In this document: positions 24,596 through 37,499 of the stretch, one piece after another | Layout of the letters: each line of letters opens with the position of its first letter | Numbering within the stretch: position 1 is the first letter of the stretch | Source: Octopus vulgaris | Lineage: Eukaryota | Direction: 5' to 3' | Assembly: GCA_951406725.2 (NCBI GenBank) | Contig: OX597826.1 | Span: 68,944,001 to 69,008,000 of the forward strand | DNA length: 64,000 bases | The notes under the pieces: generated by a model | Database searches by the model: none | What the model saw: only the letters and a program-made list of their open reading frames with translations | Told to the model about the DNA's origin: nothing | Made by a program: the position numbers and the translations under genes

Positions 24596-24957
24596 TATAA
24601 TGGAGAAAATTTCCTAAGACTATTGTATTGATGTAAGATGAATATTGTAAGATGATTTATTTTGTTTTGTTTCTTTCCATCAAAGTACAAGAGAGGATAT
24701 GTGTGACAACCAGTAGCAGACGAAATAAATTATTCTATACTTCTTGTTTTGCTTGCTTCTTCCTCGACCGTCTAAATTAATCTCATAAAGGTTTCTTGTA
24801 CTCTTTTTGCCACATGATTCGACGCCTCTGAAAAATTTTCCTCTATCACTTTGGTTCTTTCAGAAGCTTGAGCTCGTTAGCAAAGAACCCCAGCTTAGCA
24901 GCTGTAGCTTAATGTTTTTATTAGAAGGTAGCCGAGGTGCTCTTATTCTCACCATAT

Positions 24958-25193
24958 ACTTATTTCTTTATTACCCACAAGGGGTTAAACACAGAGGGAA
25001 CTAACAATGACAGACATAGGTATTAAGTCGATTACATCGACCCCAGTTCGTAACTGGTACTTAATTAATCGACCCCGAAAGGATGAAAGGCAAAGTCGAC
25101 CTCGGCGGAATTTGAACTCAGAACGTAACGACAGACGAAATACCGCTAAGCATTTCGCCCGGCGTGCTAACGTTTCTGCCAGCTCGCCGCCTT
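24958..25193 (-). mobile_element. Family B SINE
   Basis: Well-preserved reverse-complement copy. Confidence 0.85.
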
Positions 25194-25339
25194 ATATATT
25201 CCCACCATATACTCCTTTGCATAGCTTTTCATTACTGTTATTGTTGTTATCGTTCCTATTAACTCTAATTGCTGCAGCGGCAGTGGAAGTTGTTGGTAGG
25301 GAGGTGGTTGGTATTGGTGGCAACATTAGTACTTTCCCT

Positions 25340-25688
25340 GGGGCGGCGAGTTGGCAGAATAATTATTTGGCCGGGCAAAATGCTTAAGGATATTTTGACC
25401 TTCCTTGAGTTCAAATTCCGCCGAGGTCGCCTTTGCCTTTTACTCTTTTCGCGGGCGATAAAATAAGTACCAGTTGAACGTTGGGATCGATGTAAGCGAC
25501 TTATCTCCAACCCGAAATTGCTGGCCTTGTGCCAAAATTTGAAACTTTTACTGATGCTTTCACAAAAGCAGCGAGTGGCCGAATACTTAGCTCGCCGGGG
25601 AAAATGCTTGGTGACATTTCGTTCATATTTTCGTTCTGAGTTCTAATTACGCCGAGGTCTACTTTGCTTTTCATCGTTTCGGTCGTTC
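25340..25688 (+). mobile_element. Two decayed family B SINE copies
   Basis: Heads at ~25340 and ~25568 with GAGTTCAAATTCCGCCGAGGTC bodies. Confidence 0.7.
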
Positions 25689-25999
25689 CTCCTTTTACCG
25701 GCTGTTTGTAGAAGATGCCATCTCGTTACATTAACATGTTTTACGAAATGAAATTTTGAAAAGATGCTTTAAAAATTTTAGCCTTAAAGGAACCGGAAAT
25801 AAGAGCCGGAAAAAGAAAAGCTAAAAAAAGAAAACAAACAAACAGTAAACGTTTTGTAACAGTCACCCACCTTTTAAGAAATCTGTCCTCTTCATCTTCA
25901 ATTTCCTTTCTAACTTGAAGTTGAAAAAGTTGCTGAAAGCTTTACAGAAAAGAGCAAATATTATTCTATTGTCATAATACAATATTTTAAGGGATATAT

Positions 26000-26436
26000 G
26001 GCAGAATGCCCAAGGACATACTCTACAGAGAGCTTGTTAGGGGTACTAGGTCTGTGGAAAGACCGTTCTTAAGATACAAGGATGTTTGCAAAAGGGACAT
26101 GAAGGCCTGCGACATCAATATCAGCAACTGGGAAGCAGTTGCCAGCAACTGTGGAGATTGGCGACGTACCGTAAAAGAGGGAACACAAAGGAGTGACAGA
26201 GGGAGAGAGAAGAAATGGAAAGACAAGAAAAGACGTCAACAAGAAAGTATGACATTACAACCAGCCAGGCAAAGTCTTCGCTACATTTACGGTACCTGCC
26301 AGAGGGAGTGTTTTTCCAGGATAGGACTACACACCCACAGCAGGAGATGTATTAAGACATGAAATGTAAAAGCCAGACTAGAGTATTTTATGCGCAACTC
26401 CATTGTCCCCTGAGACAAAAAGGATGATGCCAACAA
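26000..26436 (+). mobile_element. 5'-truncated RTE-clade LINE 3' end
   Basis: PKDILYREL..GTRSV.RP.LRYKDVCKRDMK..I....WE..A.....WR..V..G and decayed C-terminal Zn motif (CQRECFSRIGLHTHSRRC) are typical of RTE ORF C-termini; short 3' UTR follows. Confidence 0.85.
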
Positions 26437-26899
26437 TATGTCGAATTAGGCTATGGATATAAATTTTAATAGCTGTCGGGTATATAAAATATTTATAGGC
26501 AACCTGAGCAGAATTCGAACCCAAAACACGATATGTAGAATGGGGAATCTGAAAACAAATTTCGAAAAATATTCAATATTTGAATGTTATGTTCCAGCAC
26601 ATTTATCATTCTCTGCCATTTCCTTTACATCTTACCATTCTAACTCATTTACTTTACAAGAGGGAATATTATTATGAAATGGATTTCATCTATGAAAATG
26701 GATTGATGTAATAATGTTGATTGCTTGCCAGCTGCTAGCTGTCAGATGTCAATCAAATGTTGCAGTGAATCGAACCTAAGACTTCAATTTCGATCTTGTC
26801 TAATGCATTGCTAACAGGATTCTAATATGTTAGAAATATAATAAGGATCAACGTTGCTATTAGCAGCCAGACATCTACATAGTGGTCGGCTGTCTTAGT

Positions 26900-27490
26900 T
26901 GCTGACGTTGTTGTTGTTGTTGTTGCTCGAGTTGACGGTGGCGATGGCGGCTACACTGGTATTGCTGTTGTTGTTGTTGTTGTTGTTGTTGTTGTAGGTA
27001 GTGGTGGTGGTTATTATAGCGATGATGTACTTGATGGTGGTGTGGAAGTGTTTCTTTTGATTATTTTTGTGTTTTGTTTTTTGCTCTATTCTTACTCTGG
27101 CTGTCGGCGTTGTTGGTGATGACCGTGATAAAAGTATTGACAATAATAAAGAATAGTGGTGAAGTACAGAGGAGGCAGCAGCGATGGTGGTGGTGGTTGT
27201 GATGGTGGTGGCGGTGGCGGCGGTGGCGGCGGCGGCGGTGGTGGTGCCAGGGCGGCGGTGGCGGTGGTGGTGGTGGTGGTGGTGGCGGCAGTGGTGGCGG
27301 TGGTGGTAGTGGTGGTGGTGGTGGTGGTATTGGTGGTGGTGGTGGCGATGGTGATTAATTGGTGAGGGTGGTGGTGTTGGTGGCGGCGGTGGTGGTGGTG
27401 GTGGAGGTGGTATTGGTGGTGGTGGTGGTGGTTTATTGGTGGTGTTGTTGCTGTTGTTGTTGTTGTTATTTGTGGTGGTGGTGGTGGTGA
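26900..27490. repeat. (GTT)n/(GGT)n/(GGC)n trinucleotide cluster
   Basis: Directly visible. Confidence 0.9.
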
Positions 27491-28471
27491 GAGCAGCCTA
27501 GACGATGGTGGTTACGACGTCTGTTGGCGTTGGCGTAGTCGTAAGTAATGTTGGAAGTAATGGAGGTTATGTCTGCGATAGTTCAAATGGGATTTATGGA
27601 ATGCTGAAGAAAGCTGTGCAGTGTAGTTGCAGTTGTTGTGGCGGCGTGTTGATAGTCATAGAGGAAGCGGTGGGGATGGCGACAGCAATGCTAGAACAGG
27701 TTAGGATTTTGATATTCGTCGTGTTTTAGCGATAGTTGTAGAAGTGACCTCTAGTGGTTAAGGTGGTTGGTAAAATTGATCTCAAGTTCGGGTGAATACT
27801 CATCCAGTGGAACCGCGTGGCTTAGTGGTTCAGATGTTGGACTCATGATCGTAAGATTGTGGTTTCGCTTCCGGACCGAATATCGCGTTGTATTTGTGAG
27901 CAAAGCACTTTATACGATATGAAAACAGGAAACCACTCCTTATGGGACAGTATGACTCGAGAAGGTAACTTTAATTAAAAGGTAACTTAGTACTCAACCG
28001 GTACTTATTTCATCGACCCATAAAGGATGAACGGCAAAGTTGACAACTTTGGAATTTGGACTCAGAACGTAAAGACTGACGAAGAGGTGATGGTACAATT
28101 GATGGTAATTTCCGGGCGGAATCGTTAGCACGCCAGGTAAAATGCTTATCGGCATTTTGTCCGTTTTTACATCCTGAGTTCAGATGCCTTCGGGGCTTAC
28201 TTTACCTTTCATTCTTTCGGAGACAATGCGACTATGACAGTGGAGAAGTCAGTGCTTCGGTGCTGCGTATATGAATTTATAGATAGAATTTTAATCAGTC
28301 AGACACATGATTAAAATTTTACTCAAATACTCCATGTAGCATATTCTTAGCTACAATAGTGACAAAATGGATTTTTTTCTATCTTCTTATTCTATTAGAA
28401 CATTTGAATAAAATTATATTAATGTGTCCGACTGGTTAAACTTCTGATTGATTGATTGATTGATTCTAGTT

Positions 28472-28561
28472 TGTGCAACTGAGGATAGCCCTGCATTTAA
28501 TCTGATGTAAAGATTGCATTGTTTATTTAAATGGAATAGCTTGAAACGGTCGTACTGCATA
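28472..28561 (+). ncRNA. Type I hammerhead ribozyme with long stem II
   Basis: TGTGCAA-CTGAGGA(28479)-T-AGC...CATTTAA...TTAAATG...GCT-T-GAA-ACG-GT-CGT-A-CTGCATA; GUA site; A.C mismatch at the base of stem I. Confidence 0.65.
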
Positions 28562-28794
28562 ATCGCTTGATATCCTGTTACTTATTTTGATTATATATAT
28601 ATAATCAAAATAAGCAACAGGGTATCAAGAAGAGATATATAAATATATATATATAAACATGTATGGTTGCATATATTACAGGATCACGTGATCTACCACA
28701 TTAATGGGTGTTGTTAGACTACGTCGCTGGTTACAATGCGTATTTGCACCTCTTTAGATTTTGAAAAGTGGCACCCCACTGGCTAAGGAATCAG

Positions 28795-28886
<92 letters not shown>

Positions 28887-29758
28887 TATATATGTACATA
28901 TATAAACACACATATATATTTATACATGCACATCAGTATATGTATACATATATACATATACACACGTACACATATATATATATACGCATACATATATATA
29001 TGCTTTGCATATATTTGTGACTCTCCCCCACCATTACTTCACAACTGATGTTTGTGCATTTACGTCGTCATGACTTAGCGTTTCTGTAAAAAAAAAGAGA
29101 TAGAAAAAGTATCAGACGTTTAAAATCCGAAAGTACTGGCGTGGATTCATCAGATCATAATTCTTCACGGCCTTTCCGCAGAATGGCTGTAGTCTAATGA
29201 CTGAGACAAGTAAGCGATGCACGATAAAACCTCGCATGTTATTGGCTCTTTTGGTTCCGAATTTACTCTGCTGCACCCTCCTAACCATTCGATGCTTTAA
29301 AAATCATATATTTGTATAATCAAGTATTATTAGAGGTATAAAAATCATTGTTAAAATATTTTATGAATGGTAGAAGAATATAACAAATTTTGTGCAGATA
29401 TGTTTTTAAGAGCAAAGTTTATATCAGCCCCCAAGGGCCATCTAAGTTCCAGTTGAGAATCACTAGTCTAGACTTTGAAGCTAAAACCTCGAGGGTCATT
29501 TCAATAGGTCAGCTTTTGTAGATGTATCAATGTGAGTATAGATTTTCATGTTTGTATTGCCATCACAAACTAACGAGATCAGTCCTACTGCCTGGCGTCT
29601 GAACCCATTCGTTTTATTTTAACCTTGGTTGAAAGAAAAACATGTGAGTATAATTAAGCAGATGCAGACACATGAACGGAAGGGGTGAAATTTTGAAAGC
29701 TTCCTTGGCACGTTGACTAAGAAGTCAAAAACTTCCCCCAATTGATCTTATCTGTTAA

Positions 29759-30148
29759 CTAACAGTATCGCCCGGCGTTGCTCAGGTTTGTTTCGACCCT
29801 TTAGAACTGGAATTTTTGAAAACTAAATATTTTGGATTATGTAGCTTGTTATGGTCTTTAAGTGAACATTGTTCTGGTTTAAATACACTGAAAAATGGCG
29901 AAACAGCAGTCAAAGAATCGTAAAAAATACGGATTTTCATAGAAAAAAAGCACCTTATTGATGTAAATAATTTTTGGTGTTCTGATTTGAATTTTTTCCT
30001 CTACGGAATGAAGAGAAAGCCTTCTTCTATCATACCTTCAATTTTGGTCAACTTGCGCCGCAGGGTCTTGGATGATATAGTGTTAGTTGAAAGCTACCAA
30101 ACCTGCCACACACACACACACGGACAACTTCATCTTTATATATAAAGA
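29759..30148 (-). mobile_element. Non-autonomous Helitron (different internal sequence)
   Basis: Same termini as 3517-3911 (TCTTTATATATAAA...; hairpin and CTAG mutated to TTAG). Confidence 0.75.
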
Positions 30149-30584
30149 TAAAGATTACACCATCAATGAAACTTTTCTTTGCCCCACCCTTCTGAGAACA
30201 TTTGCAGCTACGTAAACTATATGTTTGACAACTTTATCACTGATTGTACCTCACTATTACGTTAAGATTACATGTATTTATTGAGTATTCGGTATTTTAT
30301 GCGGTAAGACAATGAACAAGCACTTCAGTTCATCGAAAAACTGGAATGTTCATCAGCGAAAACGTCTGAATATAAGTCTACAAAAAGATCTATTAGGAAT
30401 AAGAGATGTTTCTAGTTCTGTCAAACTGGAAAGGAAAAAAAAGTGAGATTTTGATATAATAAAATAAACTGGTAAGTATCGTGTTACAGAAACATATACA
30501 GATGTATGTTTGTAAGTGTGTGTATATGTGTGTATGTGTGTGTGTATACATGTACTAATTTCCATCATCTATCATATATAATGC

Positions 30585-30711
30585 GTGCATACATACATTA
30601 CATTTCCTACATATATATTACTTGCATACATACGTACATGCATTCATACATATACATATAAGAACATACATACATATACATATAAGAACATACATACATA
30701 TACATATAAGA

Positions 30712-30744
<33 letters not shown>

Positions 30745-30912
30745 CATACATACATACATACATACATACATACATACATGCATACAAGCATACATACATA
30801 CATACATACATACATGCATACATGCATACATACATACATACATACATACATACATACATACATACATACATACATACATACATACATACATACATACATG
30901 CATACATACATA
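30585..30912. repeat. (CATA)n tetranucleotide microsatellite
   Basis: Directly visible. Confidence 0.95.
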
Positions 30913-30989
30913 TGGTGTAAATTTGCTGAAGGAAAGATAAATTCAAGTAAGCTATATGGATAGCAAAAAATCAAGAGTAGTGAAACAAA

Positions 30990-31260
30990 AAGCACAGTGA
31001 ACAAAAGAGAAACAAGAAAATATCAAATTAATGGCACAGTCTTAGGAAAAACCCCAAAGAATATGACAAAACAGAAAATCCCTAAGCCTAGATCTGATAA
31101 CAGGATATTGTTTCATGAATCTCACCTCTTATCGCCCAGGATTGATAATGCAGTATGGAAAGAGCATCAGAAATAACAATGGTGAGTTAGGCGTGGCAAA
31201 ATGCTTGCCAACTAAAAATTTTATATTCATATTCCGAAACACACATAAAGCGATCAGATT
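30990..31260 (+). pseudogene. Decayed R4/Dong-like RT N-terminal fragment
   Basis: NMTK..SLSLDLITGYCFMNLTSYRPGL resembles NWKSPGPD.I.G.W.K.LTS.H..L. Confidence 0.45.
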
Positions 31261-31568
31261 TAATATAACGCTCAAAAGTTAGCTACAGAAACACTGGTTG
31301 TAAATTTAAGGACAAGGCCAGCAGTTTCGTGGTAATTATTTCATCGACCTCGAAAGGATAAAAAGCAGAGGCGACCTTGGCGGCATTTGAACTCAGAACG
31401 GAGACATGTGTGAAATGTTTGTTAAGCATTTTGTCCGGCGCGGTAACGGTTCTGACAGCTCACCGACTCCTACACTACTACCAGAACATTATGAATATAA
31501 TGTCCGTTGGGGGTCGCACAAATGATTTTATAGAACCATTGGGAAACCAATAGTATTATAACATCTGT

Positions 31569-31968
31569 AAGGCGGAGAGCTGGCAGAAACGTTAGTACGC
31601 CGGGCGTAATGCGTAGCGTTATTTCGTCTGTCTGTACGTTCTGAGTTCAAATTCCGCCCAGGTTGACTTTGCCTTTCATCCTTTCGGAGTCGATAAATTA
31701 AGTACCAGTTACGCACTGGGGTCGATGTAATCAACTTAACCCATGTGTCTGTCCTTGTTTGTCCCCTCTGTGTTTAGCCCCTTGTGGGTAGTAAAGAAAT
31801 AGGTATTTCGTCAGTTTTTACGTTCTGAGTTCAAACTCTGCCGAGGTCGACTTTGCCTTTCATCCTTTCGGGATCGATAAATTAAGTACCAGTTACGCAC
31901 TTGGGTCAATCTAGTCGACTGTCCCCCTCCCTTCAAAAATTTCGGGCCTTGTGCCTAGAGTTGAAAAA
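31569..31968 (+). mobile_element. Family B SINE, dimeric
   Basis: Same two-body architecture as 4535-4930. Confidence 0.85.
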
Positions 31969-32389
31969 ATAACAACTGTGACATATGTATATGTGTGCAT
32001 ATATACGTATGCATATGTGTGTGTATGTGTGTGTGTGTGTGTGTGCGTGCGCTTACACAGGTATGTATATGTGTAATATATATTATATATATACAGTATA
32101 TATACATGTATCCACATACACACGCACTTAAATGTATATATGTACAGCTTTATGATGTTTATCATTTACTTGTTTCGGTCAATAAATTGTGGTCATGATG
32201 GAGCATCGAGTCCAAGAAGTTTTACTCGTCCCCAGTATTCATTTTGCTAAAGCCGGGTGTTCATTCTGTCAGTATATTTTGCTAAACGGCTAAGTTACAG
32301 GGACGTAAACCCACTAACACCGACTGTCGAGTAGCGAAGCTAGAGGACAACCACGAACGAGAAAGACCCGCACACAGATACATACATAC

Positions 32390-32440
<51 letters not shown>

Positions 32441-32946
32441 TATTATATATATATATACGAGCAGAACGCCCACTCGTCCAATAGGCGGCGCTGAATAAAA
32501 AGCAATCAGTGTTTTGTTATCATTAAAAAATAATTAAGCATGCCTATATTTTAATAAAATTTTTGGTTTTGTTAAACGAAGTTAAGGCAAAAAAAGATAA
32601 TAAAAGCTTCTTGAGAAACCAAATAGTCTTTCCTTCCTTCATGCCAAGTTTGAAGAAAATATGTCATTTGCAACTTACTTTTTTGATCTCTTAATATACT
32701 GAATTTTGTGGCAATATTTCAAGCCAGCCAGCTTTTTTTGTGCAAACTGCACGTGCATTTTTCGAGTCTATTGTTGTAGTAAAAAAGAATTGCTGTACAA
32801 AAACCATGCTTCATATGGTAACCGGGAGATTGCTGAATCTTTTCATACCTCATACCTCAAAATGGGCAACTCAGCTTTCGAATCCATAAGGAACATATGC
32901 ACCACACACAGACACAGACACGCACAAACTCTGTTTTATATATATA

Positions 32947-33337
32947 CTAGCAGTATCGCCCGGCGTTGCTCGGGTTTGTAAGGGAAATAACTATAAAACA
33001 TTTTTAGAGAGTTATAGCCAAAAAATAGCAAAAAAATGCATTAAAAATGGAAAAAATATGATGGTAAATTTTTTTTTAAATCGTTGACTCATCGTAGACA
33101 TTTTTAGAGAGTTACATCCCTTTAAAAAAAATGCATTAAAATGGAAAAAATGATGGTAAATTATTTTTAAAATCGTAGACTCATCGTAGACGCACGCTAA
33201 TACCTAGAAGGGCTCGATATGAATCACGACTATAAGATACCCGGTTTTGGTTAAACTGCACCGCAAAATGTGGGAGTAGTTAGGAATTTAAATCGTAGGA
33301 GACAGACAGCACACAACGTCTCTTTTATATATAAAGA
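32947..33337 (-). mobile_element. Non-autonomous Helitron
   Basis: TC 5' end, hairpin plus CTAG 3' end, A|T target; near-identical to 3517-3911. Confidence 0.85.
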
Positions 33338-33989
33338 TAGATACAGTGTTGGCAGATATTTCCAGTTATAAATTAATTCTTTTCCCATTAACACTGTACT
33401 AAAGATTGTATCTATAAGGAAAAGCCAAGACTCTGTACATACAAACAAGTAAACATACACAAACACACACACAAATATACACGTACCTACACACAGAAAG
33501 ACACAGAAACGCGCGCGTTTGATTGTGTCTGTATACGCGTATTCTCTTTATTGTTTTTGTAATTGAAAGTGTAACGCAACATTCAATGCGAACACTTTTA
33601 ACACACTTCTAATATATTTATCAGATTAATACCAAGCATGTGATATATGTATCTCTGGCAATCTGATTCTTATATGGCCTTGGTAATGGTGAATTTATAA
33701 GTCTTGGTTCACGTGAACGCTACGGAGAGTTGTAAGTCGCTCATGTAATCCTAAAATAACATGGAGACCGATATCGTTGTTACCTTCTTTTTCTGTTTAT
33801 GAAGACACGGAATATAAATATAGAACTCTTTCATTTGTCTGTTACTTACTATGAAGTTGAGCATACATACATACATACATACATACATACATACATACAT
33901 ACATACATACATACACACATACATACATACATACATATATATATTTATATATATATATATATATTGTGTGTGTGTGTGTGTGTGTGTGT

Positions 33990-34187
33990 GTGACCGCGTG
34001 TGTACCGCTGGCGATTTTTTTTTCCTCTGTCTTCGCTTCTCTGGATCTTTCCTTCTCCTATGTTTCCGACGAAGAGCTCCGCTCGAAACGTTAAACCCTC
34101 CTTCTTTCCTGGGCATCCAATAATACTATATTTGTTCCACGTCCTCGCGTTGTTGTGTTTCTCTTTGTGTTTTCATGTTTGGATTAG

Positions 34188-34190
<3 letters not shown>
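33990..34190 (+). mobile_element. Short PLE pseudo-LTR-type unit with minimal hammerhead (core ~34062-34096)
   Basis: GTTT-CCGACGA-A-GAGC-TCC-GCTC-GAAACGTT-AAAC; ends in (TA)n. Confidence 0.75.
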
Positions 34191-34254
<64 letters not shown>

Positions 34255-34256
<2 letters not shown>

Positions 34257-35197
34257 CAATAAATATCCGGACTGTTGGCATAGTAACGAAGCTAAAACAC
34301 GCAGAGTGGAGCTGCTTGGATTCACCTTGAACTTTGCTCTGCATGCGCATTAAGCTTTATCGTTCTAGCTCAAGATGTCTACAACAGTGCTTGCAAGTAA
34401 TGTGTGCAGCGTGTGTTCGAAGCAGTGACCATAACGGAGAAAGTTGAGCAGAGGGTCTGCATCAGATCTTGCCAAAAACTGGATCATACCTGCTCAGAGG
34501 CCGACGCGAAGTTTTCAGAAAGTTTTCATCGTTCTCGATACAGTCAAGATCTTGTGCAACTGAAACCCGATAGCCTATTTGGTCAGCTGAAAGCAGTTTT
34601 GGCACAAACTTGGCAGACACAAGTCTCATACCGAAATCCTCAGCGATAATGGACTGAACTGAACCGTAACTAGTCTACACATCATCTGATATCTCGAGGA
34701 TGGTGATTCAACGATTTCCCCTCAAAGCTGCACATTTCAAAATTGTAGCAGAACACTTGATGCAGGCTGGAGAGCATATCAGCTGAAAAGTTGTGGCAAC
34801 AACAAGCGAGATGATGGCACATACCCGTCCAATGTAAATAACGTGAATAATCTGCGATATTTTTATAAGTTGCGCTAGTTGCGTGTCTCCTAGAACGTTC
34901 GTCATTATCGACATTTTTCAGCCATCTTGGAAACGTCTAAACTACTCATACACTCCTTTATATACACTTTCTGTGACTTTGCGTAGGCCCCTGGGCAGGT
35001 ATCTCCGAGACAACTTTCTGTTTTACGGTCAATGCGACGGTCACACGCTACACACCTCTCTTCCAAGTACTGCTGTAAACAGCGGAAGTAAGCTAGAACG
35101 TTAAAACGTAGTGCACAATCACTGCAAAGTTCAAGGTCAGTTTGTACCAAGCAACTCTACTCTCCGTATATTAGCTTCGTTACTATGGCAACGGTCT
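34255..35197 (-). mobile_element. Rearranged mariner relic built from two inverted left ends
   Basis: Minus strand encodes decayed transposase N-terminus (FQDG..VDNDERS...SYGSVQSIIAEDFGMRLVSAKFVPKLLS...NDENFLK); plus strand 34255-34520 repeats the same 5' end (EKVEQRVCIR.CQKL). Confidence 0.75.
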
Positions 35198-35474
35198 TTA
35201 TAATTATTGATCAAACCTTGTACGTATATGCACATATACCTCTACTTATGTAAGTACAAGAGACCTTTTTTCTGTACAGAAGCAAATACACCCGTTTTTA
35301 TGTGTGTACATGCCTTTGTATGTGTGCGTGTGTGTGAGCGAGTGTGTGTTAGTGTGTGTACTCTAAAAATCCTACGTACAATATTTGGTATTATCTGCTT
35401 TCATGTTAAAAAAAAGAACAACATACGTAACAGACTGACAGTATACCAGCGGCTACTTATTGTGACGCATAGAC

Positions 35475-35511
<37 letters not shown>

Positions 35512-35552
35512 TTGGAGGGAGAATGATAAAGTGAGAGAGACAGGCAGAGATA

Positions 35553-35587
<35 letters not shown>

Positions 35588-35792
35588 TGGGAAAGATAAG
35601 ACAGATATATGAAAATAAGAAGTGCAAGAAAGTGTGTACGAGAAAAAAATGTAAAGTAAGATAATATGCAAAGAAATTGGTGAGAAGTTTCTTAAATCAA
35701 TAAGACATATTTTTCTTTTACATAAATACCAATAAAACATTATCACTATATTACTCACTTCTTCTTCATGTCTTTCTCACTCTTCTTATATA

Positions 35793-35848
<56 letters not shown>

Positions 35849-35922
35849 CGTATGTATATATATATATATATATAATTATATATGTATGCACAAATACATT
35901 GATACATACAAACATACGAGAG

Positions 35923-35963
<41 letters not shown>

Positions 35964-36055
35964 GTGTGTGTGTGCTCTCCTATGTTTGTATGTATCAATG
36001 TATGTGTGCATAAATATATAATTATATATATATATATACATACGTATGTATATGT

Positions 36056-36116
<61 letters not shown>

Positions 36117-36564
36117 TTAGTGGTCTGTGTATGTGTTTGCATAATAAGATTATCGCGATGTATTTACAACAAAAAGAAAAAGAACAAACGGAATCTGATA
36201 ATATTTTAGTTGTAAGTAAACGCCTATGTAACATTCCTTATATCTACAGAATTTCCAACATATTCTTCTCATATGAAATATGTCTCTATTTGTCGTTAAC
36301 TCTATCAAGTCTCGCTATTAAATCATCAGTAGACTATTGGTATCTATAAAAAATCTGTCTTTGACTGAAGTGTCTTAGATTGAATATACTACTTACTCGA
36401 AATTCTACGCTCCAAGTAGAATATTCATAAGTATGTTCGCTAACAGTATATAGTATATAGTGCGCGTTGTTCTGTGGACGAAGATGAGTTCAGTTCGAGC
36501 AGGAGTGTGATCAAGATGAGAGAAAGTTAGTAGAATTGGGATATTGACGGATAAAATTTCTTAC

Positions 36565-36970
36565 TTAAAACCCTCCCCTCCCTATGGAGCGTAGGCAATC
36601 GACAGCTTTTCTCCACTGTTCTCAATCCCAGGTTATTTTTTCTGCTTCTCCATCGTAGGGTTACTGCTTATTCTTTCAAACATACTTTCGGATTTTACTG
36701 CGCCGTCTCAAGTACTGGCCTTTACTTGAAGGCCATTCCCACCCGAGTCTTATTGGTTTTGAATTGACGTCGTTGATTCCTATAACTTCGAGGTTTTGGC
36801 CCTATGTAAACCCATTTTCTTTCTTCTTTAACGAGGTGATTCATATTAATTTTGCCTCTATACTTTCATATATTTAACATAACAAGATTTACTAGGAGTT
36901 TGCTCTCCGCTGGCATACCTCTCGGGATCACTGAGGTACAGAAACCCCCACACAGCAACAAGGATTATAC
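36565..36970 (-). mobile_element. Internally deleted RTE derivative (5' UTR-like end joined to 3' end)
   Basis: Minus CCTTGTTGCTGTGTGGGGGTTTCTGTACCTCAGTGATCCCGAGAGGTATGCCAGCGG resembles RTE 5' UTRs; downstream GEAEKITWD*EQWRKAVDCLRSIG resembles an RTE ORF end. Confidence 0.45.
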
Positions 36971-37080
36971 CATGATGTGGATTGGATAGAATGTGTCTTG
37001 CATTGTTTCGATTGTCTGCGTTCTGAGTTCATATCCAGTCAACCAGTTTAAGACTGTACATTGCTAGAACCATATATTCT

Positions 37081-37472
37081 TTTACTCTTTTACTTGTTTC
37101 AGTCATTTTAATGTGACCATGCTGGAGCACCGCCTTTAGTCGAGGAAATCGACCTCAGGACTTATTCTTTATAAGCCTAGTAGATATTCTATCGGTCTCT
37201 TTCGCAGAACCACTAAGTTACGAGGACATAAGCACACCAGCATCGGTTGTCAAGCGATGTTGTGGGGACAAACACAGATGTACAAACATACACACACATA
37301 CGTATATATATACATATATATTTCAGTTTCCGTCTACCAAATCCACTCACAAGGCTTTGGTCGGCCCGAGGCTATAGTAGAAGACACTTGTCCAAGGTGC
37401 CACGCACTGGGAATGAACCCAGAACCATGTGGTTGGTAAGCAATCTATTTACCACACAGCCATTCCTCATCT
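37081..37472 (-). mobile_element. Family A SINE
   Basis: Full-length reverse-complement copy. Confidence 0.85.
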
Positions 37473-37499
37473 AGAAACATCTGTGAGGAGATCTGTTTC

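Noticed and set aside
23420-24830. Apparent similarity between the regions flanking the expanded SINE
   Set aside because: Better explained as two very decayed RTE-like 3' ends than as a target-site duplication or LTR pair.
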